DNA of 64,000 bases from Octopus vulgaris (Eukaryota), in NCBI GenBank assembly GCA_951406725.2, contig OX597839.1:23126001-23190000 (forward strand). The letters are read 5' to 3'. Under the pieces are notes generated by a model that saw nothing but the letters and a program-made list of their open reading frames with translations, was not told where the DNA came from and searched no databases. Made by a program: the position numbers and the translations under genes. Positions 24,947-39,786 of this stretch are shown here, piece after piece. How positions within the stretch are numbered: position 1 is the stretch's first letter; each line of letters opens with the position of its first letter.

Positions 24947-25770
24947 CGACAAGATTTGTTTCAATACACGAATTCACTTCAAGAATCTTGCAAACCAAAT
25001 GCAAAACTGAAATTACCAAAATACATGTCAGCCTTCTCTTACTTTCTATATACTTACACCATAGAGACCAGAAGAACACATTTGAAAGTGACTGGCGCTA
25101 CCAAAGTCTTTGAGAAAGTTACCTTCTCAGAATATGTATTCATGGAGAATGTTTCCTTGGGTATTTTGGAATGAAACTATTATACAGATGAGAAGAATAA
25201 ACCATATTTTTGCATTGTTCTATTTACCCCAACTAAGCTAAGGACTACAAACCATTTTTTTTTTTTTTTTACATTTTATGAAGAATACCAGAGTTATCAG
25301 TTAGAGCCTACTTGAAATTGCTTTGTCTTCCCACCCCTCCCTTGCCAATTCTTGTCTCTCTTGGTTCTCTTCCTCTTTCTCCCCTTCCCCCTCTCTCTCC
25401 CTTACACAGGCCCCTCAAAGTTCTTGACATTCAATTCATATCTTACAATGAAGAACACACATAATTGGCATTAAATACCGTTTTCAGTCACTGCCTCTCC
25501 AGTGCATGGCAGCAAAGCACAAATCCAAAGTATTTATAATTAATATTCCACCCGTCTCTATGCTAGTCAAGAAATCTGTTTTAGGAAAACACAGATAAAT
25601 TTGATGGGATTGTACTAGAAGTGGCGTCAGTCAGAATTGAACTTACAATGCTAGGCTGTTGTTTCTCTGAAACTAGTCTGCCTGTTAAAATTAAAGCAAG
25701 TTTAATTACTTTACTAATGAGATAAAGTTTGTTAAGATAAGTAGTTGAGACCATTATTAAATCTAAAGTA

Positions 25771-26028
25771 CAGTGTGTTCAAAAACTCTCTCCGCAGTAA
25801 GTATTTTATTGCAAAATAAATATTTAAAAGATGGTATAAGACTACAAAAGAATTTATTAGACTTTACAAGAGTTTAAAACCCTTTCTAAGAGGTGTTGAA
25901 AGTGTCGTCCTTCATTTTCAATACACAAGTTGAGTCTTCTACACATGTTTTGAAATACATCTTGGAGACTCTGACTTAGTAGAGTCAGGATGAAAAAAAT
26001 TCACTGCGGAGAGACTTTTTACAGCCTA
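25771..26028 (-). mobile_element. Internally deleted Tc1/mariner element with transposase C-terminus
   Basis: TIR core AAAAA(C/G)TCTCTCCGCAGT at both ends with TA flanks; minus-strand peptide LQDVFQNMCRRLNLCIENEGRHFQHLL. Confidence 0.8.
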
Positions 26029-26133
26029 TATTTCTTTGCTGTAGCAGACACTTGCCCAAGGTGCCATGCATTGGACCTGAACCCAGGATCATAAGGTTGA
26101 CAAGCAACATTCTTACCAGACAGCAGCACCTGC

Positions 26134-26201
<68 letters not shown>

Positions 26202-26579
26202 GTTTGTCTTTGACTTGAAATTGTGTGTGGGTACCACTGTTGTTTGAATAATGTCCTTCATTTCCAATCTCCCATAGTAACATATCCTACCAAAAATTCC
26301 TTGCTTGGAAACAGACGAAGATTGATGACAGGAAAGGCAATCTAGGCATAGAAAAAATCTACCTCAACAAATTCTGTACGACCCATGGAATCATGGAAAA
26401 AATGCATGTTAAAAAACAATGATGATTATATATATATATATATATATATTAGTCTCACTATGCCAAAGCAAAATATTAAAATATCTATCTATCTATATAT
26501 ATATATATACACACACACATACATACATACACATATACATATATGTGCATGTATATATACATATATATATAGATGTGTA

Positions 26580-26786
26580 TTTTATTCTTTTATTTGTTTC
26601 AGTCTAATAGAATAGACTGTGACCATGCTGGAGCACCACATTTAGTCGCACAAATCATCCGAAGACTTATCGTCTGAAAGCCTAGTCCTTATTCTATTGG
26701 TCTCTTTTGCCAAACTGCCAAGTTACAGAGATGTAAACATACCAACATCGGTTGTCAAGCGATGGTGGGGGGACAAGCGCAGACAG

Positions 26787-26821
<35 letters not shown>

Positions 26822-26874
26822 CATACATAAATCTATATATATATACATCCCATATATATATATATATACATCCC

Positions 26875-26916
<42 letters not shown>

Positions 26917-27125
26917 ATCCCATATATCTATATATATATACATCCCATATATATATATATATATATATACGGGCTTCTTTCAGTTTCTGCCTACCAAATC
27001 CACTCAAAAGGCTTTGGTCGGCCTGAGGCTATAGTAGAAGACACTTGCCCAAGGTGCCACACAGTGGGACTGAACTCAGAACCATGTGGTTGGCAAGCAA
27101 ACTACTTACCACACAGCCATTGCCG
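26580..27125 (-). mobile_element. SINE family A with expanded internal microsatellite
   Basis: Normal head and tail; the internal tract has expanded to about 190 bp with repeated CATCCCATATA units. Confidence 0.85.
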
Positions 27126-27133
27126 GGACATAT

Positions 27134-27164
<31 letters not shown>

Positions 27165-28145
27165 ATACATATATATACATACATACATACATACATACAT
27201 ACATACATACATACATACATGTATACACGTGTGTGTGTGTGAGAGAGAGAAATTATGATAAACACTATACATGTATCTATGCACACATACACACACAACA
27301 AAACTTCAATCAAATTGAATCCCTATCATCTTGAAAAAGTAAAGGGCCAATTGGATAATGTAATCTTAGACATGCCCCTAAAAAGATGGAATAGTCGTGG
27401 CTGGAATGCTTTTAGTCTTAAGTCAGCTCAATCAGAATCGATCTGGGGGGACTAAACAACAACAACAAGAACACAATCAAATGCACAGATACTTTACCAG
27501 CACAGACTTGGTGAAGAAGACGAAAACCTTTACCAAACGACATTCCCTCTCCCCCCCCCAGCACCACCCCTCCATTTAAAACAAATGGGGGTCCTGGTAC
27601 GAAGAAATCACCTTAGATATATTCTATTATGAAGAACAAATTTGGGGGTGAGTCATTGTAGACATGAAAAGTTGAACCCAGAAAGGGTAGAGAGGGGGGT
27701 GATGAAGAATTAATAGGCTTTAGAGTGGAAGATAAGCTAGGTATGTTGTTTGGTTGATTCTGAGAGAAGATGGACCCAGTTGGGGGCCTTGTCAGTTGGT
27801 TATTATTACTCAGGGTATTATTGTACGATTTGACAAATGGAACCATTTGGATCTAATTAGCTATGTGGATGTGTGTGTGTGTGCTTTTTACGGTGTGTGT
27901 GTATGTACATATGGGTGTGTGCACATAGATATACTTGTGTGTATATGTCTATGCATATTCACACAAGCGTGTATATGAAAGTATCTGAGTTCAGTGTGTT
28001 TTGGTGTGTGTGTGTGTGTGTATGTGTGAGAGAGTGGTAGAAAGAGAGAAATGTGTGTGTGGGGGGGGCAAAAGATGTAGGGCAAGATGGAGCAACCTTG
28101 AAAGAAAGGCAGAGCTAATCGGAAGAAGAAAGAAAGAAACAGAAG

Positions 28146-28222
<77 letters not shown>

Positions 28223-28367
28223 ATAGGCAGATAGGTAGGTAGGTAGGTGGGTAGACAGATAGATATAGATAGATGGATGGATAGAGAGATACAGACAGGA
28301 TACAAAGATAGATGGGGTACATAGATAGATAGCTGAATATATATATATATATACAGATATACACATG

Positions 28368-28399
<32 letters not shown>

Positions 28400-28400
28400 G

Positions 28401-28431
<31 letters not shown>

Positions 28432-28460
28432 CTATAGCAAGAGATAGAGATTAATAATAA

Positions 28461-28492
<32 letters not shown>

Positions 28493-31242
28493 CGGGTATG
28501 AGTTCTTCAGTTCTTCACAGCAGAACAAAGCAACTAATGAGAATGTCAAGTCAATTAGAGGTAGCCTGAAGAAGGGAGAGAAAGGTGGATGGATAATGAA
28601 AGAGAAAGAGAGAGAGAGAGAGAGAAAGACGCGAAGAGGGGGCCGGCGGGGCGGGGGGTAGGGGGTAGTGAGTTTTCAAAGTTGCTTTGAACTGAAAGAA
28701 TGAAAAAAAGAAAAAAAGAGAAAAAAAGGTAAACAACAGAAGAAGCAGGTATGTCTTCATTATTTTCCCTGCTGCATTCTAATTAGTTTAATGTGGAAGT
28801 TATTTATTTATAGACCAGAATTAAATAAATATAATTATATAAATAAACGAATAACACTGTTATTGGTCCGTTAAGGACGGAATGTGGTCAGCGGCTGAAC
28901 TGTAAGGGCAGCACAGAGAAATAAATACCTCATGGTGTTTGCTTTAGTCTTGGGGAAATCATCATCATCATCATTTAGAGTCCATTTTCCATGCTAGCAT
29001 GGGTTGGACGGTTCTACTGGGGTCTGTGAAGCCAGAAGGCAGCACCAGGCTCCAGTCTTATCTGGCAATGTTTCTACGGCTGGATGCCCTTCCTAATGCC
29101 AACCACTCCGAGAGTGTAGTGGGTGATTTTTACGTGCCACCCGCACAGGTGCCAGACAGAGCTGGCAAACGGCCACGAACGGATGGTGTTTTTTATGTGC
29201 CACCGGCACGAGGGCCAGGCGAGGCTAATGATGCCGAAGTCAACTTTGGCTTTCATCCTTCTGAGAATGATGAAATAAAGGACCTGCCAAGCACTGGAGT
29301 CAATTCTGATTCTGTCCCTCTTTCGTTTTCTCTCTTTCTTAGAATCGGATGATCTCGGCCAGCTTACTATCAAATAAACTTAAAATGCCAAGTCTGGATA
29401 ACAGAAGAATGGTTAAGCTAACTTGTTAATGTAAATCTTTTGCAGCTGACAACCAGATGTGTTGGGCATGGATGGACCAATGTGCAAACACAGCACAGGG
29501 CACACTGGGGATGAAGGAAGAATTGTCAACACAATCGAAATATCCTGAAGCCAAAAATGTGTCACAGCTGAGTTATCAGAATGAAAATGGTTGAAGAAAA
29601 CTGGAATTTATTGCATGGAGGTAGAAAATGCTTCCAAGTTCCAAACAATGGCTGCAAACTCTTAGACAAGGTGAAATGGTGATTCCAGTTGCAGTTGATG
29701 ATGATGAGGATGATGAGGATGATATCCAAACATGGCCAGATGTTTTAGGGAAGACGTACAACTAAATTAATCAACTGAAGAGGAAAATAAGTGTAAAATC
29801 ACTAATGATGATGATGATGATGATGATGATACTAATAATATTAGTTTTCTTTTTGGTCTCAGGAAGTCCATCACATAAACCTCGCGTCCCCTTCCCCAAC
29901 AAAACCAAATAAGTTCCGGGGGGGTGGGGGAATAGGGGTTGTGTTTGGCCAACCTAATCAACTCGCCCCCATCCCTGTGTTTATGTAAGAAACCAATATA
30001 AAAAAAAAAAAAAAGACTGTTCTCACAGCTGGGACAAGTCCTACATTTGTAACATTCTGGAATCTATTAAAAAGCTGTGGCTGCTGGGTGCTAATGAAGT
30101 CTTTGAAAAGGGCCACTCAACAACTCCCTCCCTCTCTCCAACATTCATTCAACCTTATTTCAGTTACCTTACTACAATAGTTACAATTCACTCCAATCTA
30201 AATTCCAGCCTCCACTTTGACCCTATTACCCCTACAACACCCATAGCTGATCTTAATTTCATCAAACCCTTTTTTATTCTCTGTTACAGCAGTCACATAT
30301 CATACAATCTCACTGACTATATTCCCTCTCACCCTGCCGCTTGTATTAAACTTACCAATGTTCCCCTGCATGTCTTCTATAACGTAAGATATTAGAAGCA
30401 CAAAATGCAAACGTTACAGATTTCTTTGAAGCTCTTTGATTCTTTCCTGCCATCAGACGTCAGCTAGATTATAAGGAATTCCAAAACTCAAACTCTGGAA
30501 TCTGATGAAATTCTTACACTTAAAGCCCCAAAGACAGAAATAATTATTGCTCTTATTCAATTAGTCAATAACTCATATACCACCACCAACACCACCACCA
30601 CCACTACCACCATCAACCACCACCACCACCACCACCACCACCACTACCACCACAACCACCAACACTGTGAAGTTCCTTGAATCTTGAAACTGGATCCAAA
30701 ACAATAACAATTCTAGGTCTTCCCCGAAGTCTCATTCCAAACGCTTATCTAATTCCTTAATTTGTGCCCAGAATACTTTAAAAGAATATGTTTTTCTTCC
30801 TGCCACACACACACACACACACACACACGCATTCTCATTTCAAACTCATCCTAATTAACCACCACATTTCAAGTGTACTACAACCCACACAACATCCATG
30901 AACTTTCACACTGCACCCCATACATGTGCCTAAACTAGTATGTTGCAACCTGTACCACATGCCTGAACTCAGTAGATGTTAAATCTGCTGAAAACAGCAG
31001 TCAAATGTCCTTCAAACCATACTGTATTTTCTTTATAAAGTGTATTCTTGGATGTATTATACCTGAAAATAACACAGGATGGTCATGGATGGAATGTCTT
31101 TGAGAATAATTTTACTTCATCAGGGCTGAAAGTGGTTAACCCTTTAGCATACTGATTACTCAAATGTAATCCATATTTAATCACATTGTTTTGGATTAAT
31201 CATGGATTATCTCATAACTTCAAGATTTCAATAACATACACT

Positions 31243-31650
31243 TTTTACTCTTTACTCTTTTACTTGTTTCAGTCATTTGACTGCGGCCATGCTGGAGCAC
31301 CGCCTTTAGTCGAGCCAATCGACCCCGGGACTTATTCTTTGTAAGCCCAGTACTTATTCTATCGGTCTCTTTTGCCGAACCGCTAAGTGACGGGGACGTA
31401 AACACACCAGCATCGGTTGTCAAGCAATACTAGGGGGATAAACACAGACACACAAACACACATACATATATATATATACATATATACGACAGGCTTCTTT
31501 CAGTTTCCGTCTACCAAATCCACTCACAAGGCATTGGTCGGCCCGGGGCTATTTCAGAAGACACTTGCCCAAGATGCCACGCAGTGAGACTGAACCCGGA
31601 ACCATGTGGTTGGTTACCAATCTACTTACCACACAGCCACTCCTGTGCCT
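31243..31650 (-). mobile_element. Young SINE family A inserted into a piggyBac-like MITE (starts 31136)
   Basis: Full copy splitting the TTAACCCTTTAGCAT-starting MITE. Confidence 0.85.
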
Positions 31651-32943
31651 AGCTGTTTATTTTTAGAATGACTTTGTAGGGTAGGTGTGAGAGGCTGGAT
31701 CTGGCCACTCTGAACATAAAACAAGTAAAATATTTGATATACACAGATTTTACTGAGGTACGTATAATTAACATTATGAAGGTGTATGGCTTAGTGGTTT
31801 GGGCATTCGTCTCACAATCACAAGGACATGAGTTCAATTCCCAGTGACATGTTGTGTCCTTGAGCAAGACACTTTATTTCACTTTATTGCTTCAGTCTAC
31901 TCATCTGACAAAAGATAATTTGTGCCTGTATTTCAAAGGGCCAGCCTTGTCACATTCTGTGTTATACTGAATCTCCTTGAGAACTACATTAAAGGTATTC
32001 GTGTCAGTGGTATACTCAGCCACTTGCATGTTAATTTCACAAGCAGGCTGCTCTGTTGATCGGATCAACTGGGACTCATCGTCATAATCAATGGAGTGCC
32101 AATATCATTAACATTAACCCCTCAGCATTCACATTACTCTGTTAAATGCTAATCCTTATCTATCCACATTGTCTTCAATAAATCATGGATTATCTCCTAG
32201 CTTTGAGACTCCAATGAAGTGATTGTTTACTTTTAGAATGATCTGGCTGGTTGGAATAGTTAAGGGCTAAACAACAAAAACATGCCTCATCATAACTCAA
32301 ATTCCACAACGGACCCCACCACTCACACAGACACAAAAGCATAGCCATGATCGAAAGTTAGGGGCAGCGAACATATAAAAAAAAAGGCACCATGACAATT
32401 ACCAAACAATTAATAACTACCTTTATCAATTTGGACGAAACAGAACAGAAGGATACACATGGATGGAGGAGTCACTGAAGAGGTCACAAATGTGTGACGA
32501 AAGAATTCCAGACAATGGACATAAGATAAAAATAAGGACAATAATAAATGAATAAAGAATGAATATATGGTGCATGGATTTTTTCACAAAAATATATTTA
32601 TAACTAATTTCTTTTATATTACATGAAATATTTCATTCGTTATAATACACTTAATTGTATTCTACATTCGTTAATTTCGTGTTTCGGTAACAATGTCATT
32701 ATGCATGGAACTTCCACAAGGCAGTGCTCCAGCATGGCCACAGTCAAATGACTGAAACAAGTAAAAGAACACTGATATAGGTGCAGGAGTGGTTGTGTGG
32801 TAAGAAGTTTACTTCCCAACCACATGGTTCTGGGTTCAGTCCCACTGCGTGGCACCTTCGGCAAGTGTCTTCTGCTATAGCTTCAGGCCAACCAAAGCCT
32901 TGTGAGTGGGTTTGGTAGATGGAAACTGAAAGAAGCCTGTCAT

Positions 32944-33057
<114 letters not shown>

Positions 33058-35162
33058 GTGTATGCATGTGTATATATGTATATATATCTATGTGTGTGTC
33101 TCTTTAATGTTACATGAAATATTTCATTCGTTATAATACACATAATTGTATTCTACATTCGTTAATTTCGTGTTTCGGTAACAATGTCATTATGCATGGA
33201 ACTTCCACAAGGCAGTGCTCCAGCATGGCCACAGTCAAATGACTGAAACAAGTAAAAGAAAATAAAGAAAAGAAACAAATTAACCAAAAATTGTTGAAAA
33301 GCAGCCAATTTTGAAGAATGTGCTTGGGGGGTGGGGAGGAGAAGTCGCCCCCTTGCTCCCCTATTAGCTACGCCACTGCACACATATGCATTTAATCTGC
33401 CACTCTGTACCCCCATATGTGTATACATGTGTAGCCTGTCACGCTGTACCCTGTATATGTTTAAACAACCACCCTGTGCTCCACGCAAACATACAAACTG
33501 TTGTTCTGTAAATATCTTGACACCAACTGGCAGCAGAAGCTGGAGTCAAGGCTGTCGTCCTCCTTGTATTGTAGAGCTGTGTGTGTGTGTGTGTATGTGT
33601 GTGTGTGTGAGTGTGTGTGCGTGCATGCATGTGTGTTAAAGCGTGTGTGTGAGTGTGTGTGTGTGTGTGCACGCACATGTTTTAGTCCGTGTGTGAGTGC
33701 ATGTGTGTGAGTGTGTACACATGCGTGTGTGTGTATGTCAGTGTGTGTGCATGCATGTGTGTTAGTGCGTGTGTGTGTGTGTGTGTGTGTGTGCACGCAC
33801 GTGCTTTAGTGCATGTGTGAGTGCGTGTATGTGAGTGTGTTTGGGTGCATCTGCGTGTGTGTGAGCACGTGTGTGTGAGGGAGAGAGAACAGTGATATCA
33901 AGTGTCTGTGTGTGTGCGTGTGCACATGTGTGTGTGTGTGCATGTGAGTGAGTGTGCACGTGTGTGTGCGCGGGAGAGAGAAAAGTGATATCAAGTGTGT
34001 GCGTGTGTGTGTGAGGGAGAGAGAAAAGCGATATCAAGTGTGTGCGCGTGTGTGTGTAAGCATCTGTAAGTATGTGGGAATTCCTATGCGTAAGACAATG
34101 ATTGAGTGGAAGACAGTATGCGTATGCGTTCATGTGTGTGTTTGTGTGTGTGAGTGTGTGTGTATATATATATATGTGTGTACAAGTGAATACATTACCA
34201 TATATGTAATTTCTTCAAACTCTCTCTATATATATTTGTGTGTGCGTGCGTGTGTGCATGAGGGTGTGTTTGTATTTGTCAGGGCCAAGGTTGTCATCCA
34301 ACAACACAAAGGACCATTTCCAAAAGTCCCAATTACCAAATCCCATAATTACACTATACAATATCTTAAAAAACATCTGATCTGTATTAAGGGTGGTGGT
34401 GATGGTGGTGCTGCTGCTGCTGCTGATGGGGGTAGTGGACAAATATTTCATATGTTGAGGGTGGCGGGTAGTGGGGGTGAGGGCTGTCTCTATTGTCAAG
34501 CTGTCCTTCCATTTCACTTCCTGATTTCGTCTTACAGACAGACATTCTGCTGATGTTTCATATTTCATTTGAGAATTTTCTCCTCAACGGTTGAAGTGTC
34601 TGCAAGTGGGGGGACTTCATTTTCAGGAAGAAATTACATTTCAATTTTTTATTGTATACACACATACATACACACATGAGGCACATGGCCCAGTGGTTAG
34701 AGTGTCGGGCTCACAGTCATAAGGCAGTGAGTTCAATTCCCGGACCGGGCTGCATGTTGTGTTCTTGAGCAAAACCCTTTAATTCACGTTGCTCTAGTTC
34801 ACTCAGCTGTAGAAATGAGTTGTGGCATCACTGGTGCCAAACTGTATCGGCCCCTTTGCCTTTCACAACATCAGTGACATAGAGAGGGGAGGATGGTATG
34901 CATGGGTGACTGCTGGTTTTCCATAAACAACCTTACCTGGACTTGTGTCTTGAAGGGGAGGGGAACCTGGAGGGTAAAAAAGAGGAAAAGCCCCATCATC
35001 CTGTTGGGGTTTTTTGCTCTTTCTTGTTGTGAAGATAGATGCTGGCATCTGTGTGTTCTAAGAAGTTGGCTTCAGAACCAAAGAGCAGTGATGGGGGGAG
35101 GGGGGCAAACACAGACACATACAGACAACAGACACGTGTAAACACACACACATGCATATATG

Positions 35163-35544
35163 TGGAAGCACTCCGTCGGTTACGACGATGAGGGTTCCGG
35201 TTGATCCGACCAACGGAACAGCCTGCTCGTGAAATTAACGTGTAAGTGGCTGAGCACTCCACAGACACATGTACCCTTAACGTAGTTCTCGGGGATATTC
35301 AGCGTGACAGAGAGAGTGACAAGGCCGGCCCTTTGAAATACAGGTACAACAGAAACAAGAAGAAAGAGTGAGAGAAAGTTGTGGTGAAAGAGTACAGCAG
35401 GGATCACCACCATCCCCTGCCGGAGCCTCGTGGAGCTTTAGGTATTTTCGCTCAATAAACACTCACAACGCCCAGTCTGGGAATCGAAACCGCGATCCTA
35501 CGACCGCGAGTCCGCTGCCCTAACCACTGGGCCATTGCGCCTCC
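35163..35544 (-). mobile_element. tRNA-derived SINE, family D, nested in the microsatellite of a SINE A
   Basis: Head GGAGGCGCAATGGCCCAGTGGTTAGG...GGTTTCGATTCCC; near-identical to the copy at 41240-41621. Confidence 0.9.
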
Positions 35545-37745
35545 ATGCACGCATATATATGACAGGCTTCTTTCAATTTCCATCAACCAGATTCACTCAC
35601 AAGGCCTTGGTCAGCCCGAGGCTATTGTAGAAGCCACTTGCCCAAGGTGCCACATATTGGGGCTGAAGGGGTAAAAAAGATTAATAAATCCAGACAGATG
35701 TGTAGAAAGGGCTCAGTGATTAAGTAATACAAGCTGTAGTTGAGTCGGTGGTGGTGGTGGTGGTATTTGTGGTGGTGGTGGTGCTGCTGCTGGTAATGGT
35801 GGTGGTAGTAATATCTTCTAGTTAAGAGAGAGAGGAGTACCCATAATCCATTACAGGGTCTCTGAAAGTGGTGACAGGGTGGAGAAGGAGGAGGTAACCT
35901 CAAACCAGAAATTTGACCCAAATGCTTATAAGAGAGTGCCTATAGTGAGGGTGGCAAGCTGGCAGAATCGTTAGCATGCTGGACAAAATGCCTAGCAGCA
36001 ATTCCTCCATCTTTATGTTCTGAGTTCAAATCCTGCTAGGGTCAACTTTGGCTTTCATTGTTTCGGGGTTGAATACTGGGGTTGATTTAATCAACTTAGC
36101 CCCTCCCCTGAACTTGCTGGCCTTGTGCCAAAATTAGAAACCATTATTATTACTTTTTACTATTATCATTATTATCATTATTATTGAGTGAGAGAGCAGT
36201 GCCTGCCATCAAAGTGATTGTGAGGTAAAATATATGAAGCCCAGTATAACCATCATGACTACCCGTCTGATAAGGGTACACCAGGCCCATGCATCACAAC
36301 CATATATGTGCATGACATGGTGATTTCATATCAAGATAAACATCCTACTCAAAAGATCCCTGAATGAGGTTTGTTTAAGGCTGTTGATAGAAACGCCCAC
36401 GTTTCCAGAGGTGAATTATCCAAACCCCAAAGAACTCCTTTCAACACATGACTATGATGCTCCCCCACTACTTCTGCATGTGATCAGAGATGCACACATT
36501 CTCAGCCACTAAGGGACATGCTCAACAACTGACAAGCAAATCTGTGGTATTGAGCAGAATAATTGCTGTAACCCATCTCTTATACCAAAACAAAACAACG
36601 TACACAATAATAGTTCCAATCAGTTAAGATCAGAAGCCATGAGAGCCACTGCCTGGTACTGCATCAGGGCATTTATTATTATTATTATTATTATTATTTT
36701 TTTATTATTATTTTTTTAATTATTTTATTATTATTATTATTATCATTATTATTATTATTATTATTTATACTTACTAACTTGTAGATTTCCTCTTGGTTAC
36801 CGAATCACTACTTTACCGCATTTCTAACACCAAGAGCAACCAAGGGAGTGTCTGTAACTGATTGCAGAACAAATGGCACAGAGAGATATCATTTGAAGAT
36901 CAGTGACACTTTTTTTCAGCTCCAGGTATCCAATCGATATAAAGAAAACCACACTACCTTGGTTGTAATCAATACCTGATCACACCTCATCATTAAAAAG
37001 GCATTAAAAAAAAACAAATTGCTGTTTTTTATTGCAAATACCGTGGTTTGTTTTTTACCTGTTATTTTATTTTTTTTTCCTTATTTCCTGATTCCAATGT
37101 AATACATCTTGTGGTATTTATTGTTGCTGTTGTTGTTGTTGCTTGAGCAGATGGGGATGGAAGCAGGAGGGGTTGGGTGCAGCGGGGTGGGGGTGCCTTA
37201 ATGCAGGCATCATTAACGGCAATCAGTTATAATTCCCATTAAAACAAGACTTTAAATGAAACGAAGAGTTCCTCCTCCGTCTCTCCTCGAACCATTTCTC
37301 AGGCCACCACCTCACTACAAGTCGAAAGCTGTCTGTCATCGTGGTGCTTGTTAACAGCAGAGAGAGCTCTTTAAGTAATTTATTTACTACGTAATCAACA
37401 CTTTTCTATTTCTTATCACACCATTAATTGCTACTGGCTGCATTCAATGAGACAACCTCAAAGATGTTGGCTTTTAGATTTTTGCCTTTTATTTATTTAT
37501 TTATTTCTCATTACATCAGACCATGCCTCCCCAAAAACTACTTTCCTCACACACACACACACATAAAATATCTCTCCACTCCACACACACCTCACACTCT
37601 CCCTAACTCCCACATGCTATCTTGCTCTACTCCTACCTCACACGTATCCTATCTCTCTCTCTTTCGCTCTCTCTCTCTCTTTCGCTCTCTCTCTCTCTCT
37701 TTCGCTCTCTCTCTTTCATACACACACACACACAATGTCTGCACA

Positions 37746-37781
<36 letters not shown>

Positions 37782-39483
37782 TAACCTTCACACATTCTTC
37801 CCCTCCTGACACATACTTTCTGTGTGTAAGTGTCTCTCTCTCACACACACACACTCTCACTCTCTCTCACACACACACTATACACTATCTCTTTCTCTCT
37901 CCCACACACACTATCTCTTTTTCTTTCTCTCTATCTCTCTCTCTCATGCACACATACACACACACACACAGTCTTATGCTGTCTCTCTCTTTCTCCCCTC
38001 CTACTCTACACACACTTTCTTTCTCTCAATTTTTCCCTCTCTCAACCCCTCTCTCCCTCTCTCTCTCTCTCTCGTGTTTTGATTCTATGTCTCATGTCTT
38101 AAAGACACTCAACATGATAAAGTACAACTTCAAACAGGATTTGTCAACACAAAACAGCTGGCTCCTTAATGATGCGGCTGTTGTCATTGTGTGGCCAAGT
38201 GGACATCTCTCATAAATAAAGGAAACTGACCAAAAGTTTGGACATAAGCCCCATCCCCACCGTCATCACAGTTGTAGCCCTGCCTTGAGTTCTGACTGTC
38301 CTAATTTGACTTCTCTTAATCTAGTTTAGTACAGACTTGATTAAGGTAAGATGATGGACTGGGCTTGAATGAGGATTAATCGTAAATGACAACAATGACC
38401 ACCACCATCAAAAAGACCGCTGCCTTTTACAATTACTGCCACAACAACCAGCAACACTACAACTACCACCACCACAACTATTAAAGGGTAAAGACCCCCT
38501 TTGGTCATGAATGACCATGGGATTGCACCAAGGAAGTTCCTTTCCAAGGTACAAGTCTGGACAAGGTTGTTTACGGAAGACCAGCAGACACCCATGCATA
38601 CCAACCAAGGGGAAGGCAAAGGGGCCGATACAGCTTGGCACCAGTGACATCACAACTCATTTCTACAGCTGAGTGAACTGGAGCAACGTGAAATCAAGTG
38701 TCTTGCTCAAGAACACAACACACAGCCCGGGTCTGTGAATTGAACTCACTACCTCATGATTGTGATCGTGACACTCTAACCACTGAGCTATGCACCTTCA
38801 TGAGTAAACTGATCCATTAACAAACTGTTACAAATGGTGTTTCTCTTCACAGAATAAAACACAAAATGTCAATAAATAAATAAATAAACACAAACTATGT
38901 GAGGAGAATTTTTTAAAAGTGTATTATTATTAATGTGATGCATAGAAATAAGAAGCAATCACTGCAGAAACTCTGCAACAAATTACAGAGGAACAAATTA
39001 AATCCGGTCCATTGACTTGGGAGAAAATCTGAGTGTTTGTGAGTGGAGAAATCATTTTGATAAAAGTGGTATTATTGGCTGGTGTAGACAAAAGAGAGAC
39101 GGCTGCATTAGCAAGGTAATTTGATGTGAATGTGTTAGAACAGGATGTAATCTATTTTGTAAAAGTATAAACAGCGCAAAGTGGAGTATTTCTTTGTAGA
39201 TTGAATAAATCTTATTGAGTTCTCATCAGAGGTGTGTTATCTCCATTAATTTGACCAATTCCAGACAAAACAAGCAGACAATCTCTTTATGTAGTCAACA
39301 ATAACAGAAGCAACAGAAGACGGGAATGACTGATTTGCATACCATAAGCATTGACACTTTATTTAATATCAGGGGCCTGTCAAGTGGGGGTTCCAGTTCA
39401 AATAGTGTCACGGTACGATATATGTAGCCTATATAGTAGATATACAAACAGTGTAGACAGACAGGCAGATGGTTAGATATAGA

Positions 39484-39528
<45 letters not shown>

Positions 39529-39724
39529 TATATATATGTATATACATATGTGAGTCGTCTAAGAGACCATAAGTCAGAGTAAAGATACGCTTGTATATCT
39601 GTCAGTAGAGTGGGTATATTATCTGAAATGTATAGTATTAAATATCCGGAATGTTAGATAACAAACCGATTATATAACTCTGCGCTCATCAGAGCTAGCA
39701 CCGATATGGAAGGGAATATGGCAA

Positions 39725-39786
<62 letters not shown>

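Noticed and set aside
25058-25176. Minus-strand AG...GTAAGT segment as exon 2 of the 45.7k candidate
   Set aside because: The frame required after a phase-1 intron contains a stop.
35470-35544. tRNA-like sequences (also at the heads of SINE A, B and C copies)
   Set aside because: They have A/B boxes but no complete cloverleaf or acceptor stem, and continue directly into SINE bodies.
39676-39700. CTGATGA on the minus strand as a fourth hammerhead
   Set aside because: No GAAA strand or stem III could be found at a compatible position.
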